Of a stretch of DNA of 64,000 nucleotides, positions 56,749 through 64,000 are shown piece by piece. The number at the start of each line of letters is the position of its first letter. Position 1 is the first letter of the stretch. Below the pieces are notes generated by a model that was not told where the DNA came from, did not search any database, and saw nothing but the letters and a program-made list of their open reading frames with translations. The translations under genes were made by a program, and so were the position numbers. The stretch is from NCBI GenBank assembly GCA_964510225.1, contig CAZEAN010000007.1:4047-68046 (forward strand). The letters are read 5' to 3'. This DNA is from an uncultured Isosphaeraceae bacterium (GTDB lineage Bacteria > Planctomycetota > Planctomycetia > Isosphaerales > Isosphaeraceae).

Positions 56749-59271
56749 ATGGGAACTGCGTCGAAGAAACTGAGAACGTCGGGTCCATCGCTGCAAAAAA
56801 CAAAGGTATCGAGTCCGAAATCGTTAAAGCCGGAATCAGACTCGACAAAAACGAAGGTGAAATCGCGATCATTTCTCGCTGATCCAATCAACTGGATTTA
56901 TCGATTCCTCGCCTCACTGAAGTTGGCAATCGTCAGTCTTTCTGCGTTGGCGATCGTGCTCGTGTTGGGGATGGTCTTCGAACGTCGTCATGGTAACGAC
57001 GCACTTCAAGAATACGTTTATCGGACCTGGTGGTTCGGCCTTATGATGGCGGCGCTGGGGATCAACATTCTCTGCGCGGCGACGATCCGGTTCCCTTGGA
57101 AGCGTCGACAAGCCGGTTTTGTTGTCACCCACGCTGGTCTCCTGGTCTTGCTGATCGGTTCTTGGATCAGCTTCCAGGTTGGGGATGAAGGCCAGTTGGC
57201 GATGGTCGAGGGAGATTCATCGCAGACGATGGTCCGGATGAACAAACACATCATCCGCGTCCGCGAAGTCGACGATTCGGTCCAGGATCGAGCACGAGAG
57301 GACCTCCGCGACGCAGCAGTCGTTCTCTTTAAAAATGTCAACATGGACGACAATCTTGACGCCGAAACGAACGAATTGATCAGACTCTTTACGCCGGTTG
57401 CCAACCCGAACAGGACACTTCGGGCTGAAGAAGTTCAGCAAATCATTGATCATCCAGCGCTCCAAGAAGCAGACAACGAGGCATTGCGGTCGACGTTAGT
57501 GCGGACCGTCAGACGACTCCAAGGAGTTGAAGAGGAGACCAAGTCTTACCCACTATACCCAGGGCCGTTCAAGTGGGATCAAGGTCGGGTCGCTCGGCTG
57601 ACAGATCCTGATGATCGAGTTCAAGTGGAGGTTACGGCGTTTTATCCTGCATCGATGGGTAAGCGGATCGCATTGCCGTCCTCCACAGGATCCCCGATGG
57701 CAAAAGTCTCGCTTGAGATGCAACCCCCAGCGTTTCTTTCACCGATGGATCCGCTTAAAGACCGGAGCCTGATCGATGGGCTCCGTTGGATCAAGACGGA
57801 TCGGAAGTATCACCGACGGGTCTTCCCGATCCGTTCCGGGTTTAGCTCGAGTGCACCCCTTCAGGTTCAGTTCCAACAGATCGATCGCGTGGACGGTTGG
57901 AGCCATCAACAGGACCATTTCCGGAATCTTCCAGGAGATGGTCGGCTTGAGGTGGTCTCGATCTACTACGATGACAACTCAGGGCAGACCCGGAGGGCCT
58001 CTTATTTCCCTGAAATGGACCTCTGGCAGATCACTGGCGGCAATGATGGTGTGATCGAGTCGGAGTCGTTCGAAACCGAACTCCCAGGGAGTGATCTAAA
58101 AGTTACCTACCGACGTTCGGGGCTTCTTTCTGACTTATCCGAAGATGCCCAGCTTGAGTTTGTTGAAAAAATCCAACTGCTCCAGGAGCCGGATGGTCCA
58201 TCGAGTTTGCCGACCTCTCGGACCTGGGGTTCGATCTTCCTTGAGATCCTCCAGCAAACCGAGGATGACCAACTCGCTATTGCAGAATTTGCGATTAGCG
58301 AAGCGGGAGGCCCCGAGACAATTCACTGGGTGACCCCACTCCCCTCCTCCGCACTCGGGATCCCGTTGAGCTACCGGACTGTACCGGGTGATTCTTACCG
58401 ATTCGAACCGGCGGAGCCGCTCGCAGATCTTGTCTACTTTCATCCTCCGGCGTTTGGCGAAGGGATGGAGGGATTGAAAGGGATCATTGATGTTCTCGCG
58501 ATTGACGATGACCGCTTTTTCTACCGATCAATCAACAAAGATGGAATCCAACATCAAGGAAAGCTTGATCCCGGCGATCCGATGGTCCCCGTCTTCGGGG
58601 GGGCTGGCGGCGACATGAAAGCATCCTTCGGCCTCGATGAGTTCGTCAAGAGTGCCGAAGATTCGTTCCGCTACGCACCGATCAATCTTCCCGTCGGGCA
58701 AGCAGGCCAAGGGATTCCAGCGGTCCGGGTTGAGCTAACCGTCGATGGTGAGAAACAAGTCCAATGGGTCCGCCTTGGTGTCACCCCTGGAACGTTGAAG
58801 CAAGATCTGGGGGCGGCCAAGGAATTCCGGTTAGGTCGGAAGACATTCGAGGTTCTTTATGACGTCGATCGCGTTGACCTTCCCTACAAGATTGAGCTGA
58901 TCGACTTCCGTCGACGGTTTGATCCTGGGACACAACAAGCCAAGACATTCGAAAGTGATGTCTACTTGACCGATCCCGAGCGCGGGATTGAGCAGGAAGA
59001 GGTTGCGATCTCGATGAACAAACCGTTGAGTCATCGGGGTTATTCGTTCTATCAATCCAGTTTCAATCCCCCGACCGACTCCAGCGGTGAGTTCGTTTCG
59101 GTCTTCCAAGTTCGCTACGATCCAACCTGGTACGTCGTTTACCTCGGTTGTCTGATGATCACCCTCGGAATTGTTCTCCAGTTCGTGATGCGTTCCGGGC
59201 TCTTCACTTCTGAGAAGTGGAAGACAATGGAAATGAAGAGCGACCCAAATTCTACGGTCCCAACCACCTAG
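56749..59271 (+). CDS. resB: Cytochrome c biogenesis protein ResB/Ccs1 (System II), expanded periplasmic domain
   Basis: 'LASLKLAIVSLSALAIVLVLGMVFE', 'WWFGLMMAALGINILCAT' and 'GFVVTHAGLLVLLIG', plus C-terminal 'MNKPLSHRGYSFYQSSF' and a terminal TM. It lies directly upstream of ccsA. Confidence 0.85.
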   Translation: MGTASKKLRTSGPSLQKTKVSSPKSLKPESDSTKTKVKSRSFLADPINWIYRFLASLKLAIVSLSALAIVLVLGMVFERRHGNDALQEYVYRTWWFGLMMAALGINILCAATIRFPWKRRQAGFVVTHAGLLVLLIGSWISFQVGDEGQLAMVEGDSSQTMVRMNKHIIRVREVDDSVQDRAREDLRDAAVVLFKNVNMDDNLDAETNELIRLFTPVANPNRTLRAEEVQQIIDHPALQEADNEALRSTLVRTVRRLQGVEEETKSYPLYPGPFKWDQGRVARLTDPDDRVQVEVTAFYPASMGKRIALPSSTGSPMAKVSLEMQPPAFLSPMDPLKDRSLIDGLRWIKTDRKYHRRVFPIRSGFSSSAPLQVQFQQIDRVDGWSHQQDHFRNLPGDGRLEVVSIYYDDNSGQTRRASYFPEMDLWQITGGNDGVIESESFETELPGSDLKVTYRRSGLLSDLSEDAQLEFVEKIQLLQEPDGPSSLPTSRTWGSIFLEILQQTEDDQLAIAEFAISEAGGPETIHWVTPLPSSALGIPLSYRTVPGDSYRFEPAEPLADLVYFHPPAFGEGMEGLKGIIDVLAIDDDRFFYRSINKDGIQHQGKLDPGDPMVPVFGGAGGDMKASFGLDEFVKSAEDSFRYAPINLPVGQAGQGIPAVRVELTVDGEKQVQWVRLGVTPGTLKQDLGAAKEFRLGRKTFEVLYDVDRVDLPYKIELIDFRRRFDPGTQQAKTFESDVYLTDPERGIEQEEVAISMNKPLSHRGYSFYQSSFNPPTDSSGEFVSVFQVRYDPTWYVVYLGCLMITLGIVLQFVMRSGLFTSEKWKTMEMKSDPNSTVPTT

Positions 59272-59441
59272 CGACCTTCTCCCGGAAAGATGTGTTTCTG
59301 GGTGGTGCGTAACGATGAGACCGATAGACGAGTCATCTGCACTTGCCAAAGATTCAATCACTTCAGTTGGCAGCAAACAACGTGGTTAATGAAGGAAGCG
59401 GCCTCTTTTCACACGGCGCTCATCCGAGAGGGAATCGATTC

Positions 59442-62318
59442 ATGAATAGCTCTTGGCGAATGGTCACAGCGAGTGAGGTCAGCCTGATGATCGTCGGGCT
59501 GGGGGCTTTATTGCTCGGAACTCCGGGTTCATCAATCGGGTCAGACGCGGACCCCAATCAGGGCGAGTCGACGTCGATCAACAATGATGTCTACCAGGTC
59601 CTCGGCAATATTCCCCAAATGCACAAGGGGAGAATCAAACCGAGCGATTCGGTGGCACGACAGGTTGTGAAGTCGATCACGGGACGGCAGTCGTTTGAGC
59701 CGATCGGGCCAGACGGGACTGAAGGAGCTGAGTGGAGTGCGATCGCAACGCTGATAAGCTGGCAAGCCGCTCCCGAGTTCTGGAACGAACAGCGGTTCAT
59801 CCTTGCCGAGTACTTACCCCTCAGGCAATTGATTCTCGCCGACTCCATGAAAGCCGCGTTGGCACAACTCGCCCGGGATTCGAGTGAGGCTGATGCAGCG
59901 ATCAAGCCACTCCTTGAGCAAGAGGTCGTGACCTCTGGTGATCTTAAAGGATTGGCACGAACAGGCTTGTTCGATGAGAAGGATCAGCGTCAAATCGAAG
60001 CCCTCGCTCAACGTCTTGATGGCCACGAAAAGTTTCTCTCACCAGCTGAATTGGAACAGTCCGAGCTTTCCGTATCAAATAAGAATGTGACACTCTTGCA
60101 GTGGTACATGGATATCGGACGGCGGTCACAGACCGGCCCTCTCGAAGAACCAGTCGCCTTAAGCCGGATGGAACGCAAGGTCCGTGAGGTTGTCAATCGC
60201 CTCTTGAGCTATCAGGCGATCCGAGGGGGAGATTCAGCGCGTCCGATGAGAAATGAACCTCCAGTCGATCACTTAATCCCCCGAGGCGTCGATGACTCTT
60301 ACATCGATTACCTTGAGGCGACGGTCGCAAAGTATGAGAAGTTCGTCGAGGAGAATGGACCGCAGTTTTTTCCGAGGATCCAACGCGTTAAGCGGGATCC
60401 GATGGCTCCTAAGGTTGTCCTGATTGAGCCTGAAGGTAGTTCGCAAGCGTTTCCTGCGAATCAGTACTTCAATGAAGAACTCCCGAGCTTTAGCAAAGGT
60501 GAGTTTAGTATTGTCGAATGTGATGCCTTGCTCACCCTCGCTGAGTTTTACTCTGAACTCGCCCTTGAGGATCGTCTCAGGCCCGGCGAGGACGATGTTA
60601 CGGCCCAGAATCTCCTAGTCTGGCTCCGAGAGGATGCCGACTGGGCACCGGTCTCGCTCTTTATCGAAGGGGATCTCGAAGAGCTTGTTAAGGCTGGTTA
60701 TGACCGCGAGAGCGTCACTACGTTTCGGGATGCCTACCAAGAAGTCATGAGCCTTGAGGCAACGAATCCGGGGATGCTCGAACTCGGGAGCGCAGAGCGT
60801 TTAGTACAAGCGTCCCGAGAGTTGGGATCAAAGGCGCCGGGATATCCCTCGGTTGCAACGATCGAACGTGAAGTTGCTTACAACGAGTTCGCACCCTTTT
60901 ATCGAGTTCCTGGTGTTTACGGACTCGCATTTCTACTCCTCGGCACCTCGATGATGCTCGGTGGTTTCCGACAAGGGATCGGTCGCGTTTTCCGCCTCGC
61001 GAGCTACACGGCCGGCCTAGCAGCGCTCATTGGCGGGATCGCGCTGGAATCCTACGGATTTGCGATGCGCGTCTTGATCTCTGGATGGGCTCCCGTCACG
61101 ACTCTCTATGAGACGGTTGTTTGGGTTGCGTTGGTCGCCGCCGTGATCGGCTTGATCCTCGAAGTCTTCCATGGCCGAGGTTATGCCGGTACAGCCGCTG
61201 CCGGAGTCGCGATGCTCTGTTCAATCATCGCGGCAAATGCACAGAGTGTGCTCGACCCCAACATCGAAGCACTGCAGCCAGTCTTGCGGAGTAACTATTG
61301 GTTGACAATTCACGTGCTGACGATTGTCTCAAGCTACGCCGCGTTTGCACTTGCCTTGGGCCTCGGGATGATCGGAACGCTGTTTTACCTCACGGCACCA
61401 AGTCGTCGTGACGCTAGTATCGCGACCTTGAGTCTGCCGCTCTTAGTTGCTCCGATTCCCGGTGCACTCGGGGCATTGGCAATCGTCGCTTCCAAGCAGG
61501 GTATTCTCTCGGATTCAACTGTCTTGGTCAGCCTCTGGGAGATGACCTTGACCGCCAAAGATGCGCTCTTCTTTACCGGTTGGTGTCATGCTGGAACCGG
61601 GATTGTGATGGCGGTAATGGGTGTTTCAGCGATTCTTGGTGAATTAATCGCACGGGGATCGGTCGGAGCCAAGGCAACGAGGACGACGAAGGAAGCAGTG
61701 ACGGCTGGCTTCGAGAACACAACCGAGGCTCAAGAAAAGTCGCTGGCTGCGGTTGATCAAGCTCAAGGTGCAACCCAACCTGCTTCCGCTCGGCCTTCCA
61801 TCGAGGAGATTAGGCGTCGAGTCTCAGATAGTGGTACAGCATCGAGTCAGGCTGACGATCCTCGCGAAGCGGCGATCTTGGCACGCTCGGAGGTGTTGAA
61901 ACCGCTCGGTAAGTTCATCGATCGTGCGATTCAGGTTGGGGTCGTCCTCGTCGCCGCCGGGACAATTCTTGGTGGTGTCTGGGCCGACGTTTCTTGGGGC
62001 CGATTCTGGGGCTGGGATCCGAAGGAAGTATCTGCCCTGGTCACCTTAGTGATCTACCTCATTCCGCTCCATGGCCGATTCGCAGGTTGGATTAACTCTT
62101 TCGGCCTGACTGCTGCCTCGGTCCTCTGCTTCAACTCGGTCCTTCTGGCGTGGTATGGGGTCAACTTCCTCCTCGGCGTTGGGCTACACAGCTATGGCTT
62201 CGCGGAGGGTGCCAACCAAGGAGCCGTACTCTTAACTGCTCTCTGCGTTAGTTCGGTGACGGGTGGCGCGATTTGGCGACGTCTTGTGAGCCAGCGGACT
62301 CTTGCCTCTACCACCTGA
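59442..62318 (+). CDS. ccsA: Cytochrome c biogenesis protein CcsA/ResC (System II haem lyase subunit), N-terminally extended
   Basis: Trp-rich 'WGRFWGWDPKEVSALVTLVIYLIPLHGR', 'TTLYETVVW', 'YWLTIHVLTIVSSYAAF' and a terminal 'GLHSYGF'. The ATG at 59442 (MNSSWRM) lies within the track ORF starting at 59343. Confidence 0.85.
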   Translation: MNSSWRMVTASEVSLMIVGLGALLLGTPGSSIGSDADPNQGESTSINNDVYQVLGNIPQMHKGRIKPSDSVARQVVKSITGRQSFEPIGPDGTEGAEWSAIATLISWQAAPEFWNEQRFILAEYLPLRQLILADSMKAALAQLARDSSEADAAIKPLLEQEVVTSGDLKGLARTGLFDEKDQRQIEALAQRLDGHEKFLSPAELEQSELSVSNKNVTLLQWYMDIGRRSQTGPLEEPVALSRMERKVREVVNRLLSYQAIRGGDSARPMRNEPPVDHLIPRGVDDSYIDYLEATVAKYEKFVEENGPQFFPRIQRVKRDPMAPKVVLIEPEGSSQAFPANQYFNEELPSFSKGEFSIVECDALLTLAEFYSELALEDRLRPGEDDVTAQNLLVWLREDADWAPVSLFIEGDLEELVKAGYDRESVTTFRDAYQEVMSLEATNPGMLELGSAERLVQASRELGSKAPGYPSVATIEREVAYNEFAPFYRVPGVYGLAFLLLGTSMMLGGFRQGIGRVFRLASYTAGLAALIGGIALESYGFAMRVLISGWAPVTTLYETVVWVALVAAVIGLILEVFHGRGYAGTAAAGVAMLCSIIAANAQSVLDPNIEALQPVLRSNYWLTIHVLTIVSSYAAFALALGLGMIGTLFYLTAPSRRDASIATLSLPLLVAPIPGALGALAIVASKQGILSDSTVLVSLWEMTLTAKDALFFTGWCHAGTGIVMAVMGVSAILGELIARGSVGAKATRTTKEAVTAGFENTTEAQEKSLAAVDQAQGATQPASARPSIEEIRRRVSDSGTASSQADDPREAAILARSEVLKPLGKFIDRAIQVGVVLVAAGTILGGVWADVSWGRFWGWDPKEVSALVTLVIYLIPLHGRFAGWINSFGLTAASVLCFNSVLLAWYGVNFLLGVGLHSYGFAEGANQGAVLLTALCVSSVTGGAIWRRLVSQRTLASTT

Positions 62319-62370
62319 TCTTTTCAGGGATCGAGCACTTTCTTCCAATATCGATCGATCTAGTTATCCG

Positions 62371-62418
62371 AGGGGAAGAGCCTGTAATCACAGGCTCTTC
62401 CCCTTCGTCGGTTTTCTG
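62371..62418 (+). terminator. Rho-independent terminator after ccsA
   Basis: A perfect 14-15 bp stem, (A)GGGGAAGAGCCTGT / ACAGGCTCTTCCCC(T), with a 4-nt loop (aatc), followed by TCGTCGGTTTTCTG. Confidence 0.7.
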
Positions 62419-62429
62419 AGGACGATTCC

Positions 62430-63833
62430 GTGAGTAGTGCTGCATCTCCCCCGTTGGTCTTGATAAGTGCAGTTGGATTAACTCCGAAGCTGTTGTCTCA
62501 GGCACCAAAGCTCCATGACTTGGCGACCTCGAACTGGTCCCGTCCGGTCATCGAACAGACTCCGACGGTCACCACAACGGCACAGGCAACACTCCTCACC
62601 GGAGCAGCGCCCGCCGTTCATGGAGTTGTTGGCAACGGCTGGCTCTTCCGAGAGACTCGCGAAGTCCGATTCTGGCAACAATCGAACACCTTGATCCAAG
62701 CCGAGCCGCTCTATGTCACGGCTCGCCATCGCGCACGGGAGCGGGGCCGATCGTTTCGGGTAGCCAAGCTGTTCTGGTGGTTTAATCAAGGCGCCGATGT
62801 TGAGTTTAGCGTGACCCCGAAGCCGCTTTATGGTGCGGATGGCGGCAAGCACTTTGGGATCTGGGGATGGCCAACATCACTCCCCAGTCAATTAGAGTCG
62901 AAGCTCGGTTCGTTTCCCTTCCAGAGCTTCTGGGGACCGATGGCGGGCCTCCCGGCAACCGACTGGATCGCGCGGTCAGCGGTCGAAGTGCTCAAGACGG
63001 AACGCCCCGACCTCACACTTGTCTACCTTCCTCATCTTGACTATGATCCGCAACGATTCGGGCCTACCGGGGCGGAGATGGGTCGACTCGTTGCCGAGCT
63101 TGATCAAGCCTGTGCACCATTGATAGATCTTTGCCAGTCAATCGGCGCTGAGGTCCGGGTCTTTGGGGAGTATGGCCATGTAGATGTCCAGCGGCCGATT
63201 CTACCCAACCGGAAGCTCCGGGAGAGAGGATTATTAACGGTTCGACCCGGTGTTTTTGGTGACCAGCTCGAGCTGTACCATAGCCGCGCGTTTGCCGTCT
63301 GCGACCATCAGATCGCACACCTTTACATCCGGAACCCAGCCGAGGATCTAGAACGTGTGAAAGAAATGATGGCTGGACTCCCCGGGGTGGAGCGTCTCTA
63401 TGTTGGTGACGAACGATCGGAGATTGGTCTCAATCACAACCGTTCTGGTGAGATCATCCTGATTGCCGAACCGGATGCTTGGTTTGCCTACCCCTTTTGG
63501 CTCGATGATCGGGATGCTCCCGACTACGCACGGACTGTCGACATCCACCGAAAACCGGGTTACGACCCTTGTGAGCTCTTCTTCGATCCCGGATTGAGGA
63601 ACCCGAAACTACACGCCGGCGTTCGGCTGATGCAAAAAAAGCTGGGGTTCCGGACCCTCTTCGATGTCGTTCCGCTCGATCCCAAGATGGTCAAAGGGAG
63701 CCACGGTCGCCCCTCAACCGTCGATGAAGAGCGACCGATCTTGATCGGTACGGGTTCCGCCCCTTCTGAAGGGCCCATCCCCATCCGGGGGATCCGCGAT
63801 CATCTCCTTGAAGCGTTAGGATTGGGTGATTGA
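62430..63833 (+). CDS. Alkaline-phosphatase-superfamily protein (nucleotide pyrophosphatase/phosphodiesterase type)
   Basis: 'TPTVTTTAQATLLTGAAPAVHGVVGNGW' (nucleophile Thr context), 'LVYLPHLDY', and 'HGYDP..' metal-site-like motifs. The start is GTG. Confidence 0.75.
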   Translation: MSSAASPPLVLISAVGLTPKLLSQAPKLHDLATSNWSRPVIEQTPTVTTTAQATLLTGAAPAVHGVVGNGWLFRETREVRFWQQSNTLIQAEPLYVTARHRARERGRSFRVAKLFWWFNQGADVEFSVTPKPLYGADGGKHFGIWGWPTSLPSQLESKLGSFPFQSFWGPMAGLPATDWIARSAVEVLKTERPDLTLVYLPHLDYDPQRFGPTGAEMGRLVAELDQACAPLIDLCQSIGAEVRVFGEYGHVDVQRPILPNRKLRERGLLTVRPGVFGDQLELYHSRAFAVCDHQIAHLYIRNPAEDLERVKEMMAGLPGVERLYVGDERSEIGLNHNRSGEIILIAEPDAWFAYPFWLDDRDAPDYARTVDIHRKPGYDPCELFFDPGLRNPKLHAGVRLMQKKLGFRTLFDVVPLDPKMVKGSHGRPSTVDEERPILIGTGSAPSEGPIPIRGIRDHLLEALGLGD

Positions 63834-63880
63834 ACCGACTGGGCCCAGGACTACAGAGTCCGGTTGATCGCTTCGTTTCG

Positions 63881-64000
63881 TTACAGACTAAAGCAACGGT
63901 CCATGCGGCCGGAGAGGTCGGTTAAGTACTTGGCATCACCACCAGCGACCTCGGCTGTTGCCCACCCTTCGTAACCAATTTCTTTGAGAGCGGCGGTTAC
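63881..64000 (-). CDS. C-terminal fragment of a xylose-isomerase-like TIM-barrel (sugar phosphate isomerase/epimerase) protein, truncated by the window edge
   Basis: The reverse strand translates to '...VTAALKEIGYEGWATAEVAGGDAKYLTDLSGRMDRCFSL*'. 'IGYEGW...E' is the usual C-terminal motif of this family. It is too short for the ORF track. Confidence 0.5.
   Translation of the reverse strand, partial: VTAALKEIGYEGWATAEVAGGDAKYLTDLSGRMDRCFSL

Noticed and set aside
1-64000. Search for tRNA, rRNA, tmRNA, RNase P RNA, CRISPR arrays, transposases, integrases, phage genes and toxin-antitoxin pairs.
   Set aside because: I found no T-loop-like GGTTCGAATCC-type motifs in intergenic DNA, no non-coding repeat arrays and no recombinase-like ORFs. 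Absence is judged by eye only and should be confirmed with tRNAscan-SE, Infernal and ISEScan.

Overview
This is a gene-dense, mid-50s % GC (by eye) chromosomal stretch. It most likely comes from a Planctomycetota genome, possibly Pirellulales-like. Markers for this are a DUF1559 prepilin-like protein, an arylsulfatase, a CRTAC1/FG-GAP protein, an HYExAFE-motif protein and giant signal-peptide ORFs. I found no tRNA, rRNA, CRISPR array, transposase, integrase or prophage genes. Recognisable housekeeping content: a type-B succinate dehydrogenase operon (sdhC-sdhA-sdhB, with terminator), an ECF sigma / soluble zinc anti-sigma pair, putrescine synthesis genes (aguA, aguB), acyl-CoA dehydrogenase, biotin synthase, an IMPase-family gene, System II cytochrome c biogenesis (ResB/CcsA) and assorted hydrolases and glycosyltransferases. 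Four things stand out. (1) A 1220-aa single-gene TIR + CHAT + STAND P-loop NTPase + TPR protein (13619-17281, minus strand) is a candidate dual-effector NLR-like conflict/defence sensor. (2) Two tandem giant ORFs of about 1180 and 2330 aa (43994-54591) look paralogous by eye, have no domain I can name, and are bracketed by two polytopic GT-C-like membrane proteins. (3) A translationally coupled RDD-SpoIIM-TM-DUF4129-DUF4350 membrane operon lacks the MoxR/DUF58 partners I recall usually accompanying it. (4) An HYExAFE, PD-(D/E)xK-like protein is coupled to a 67-aa micro-membrane protein just upstream of bioB. All domain calls come from reading motifs in the translations. No database search was run, and the ORF track counts ATG, GTG and TTG as starts, so several starts were revised.
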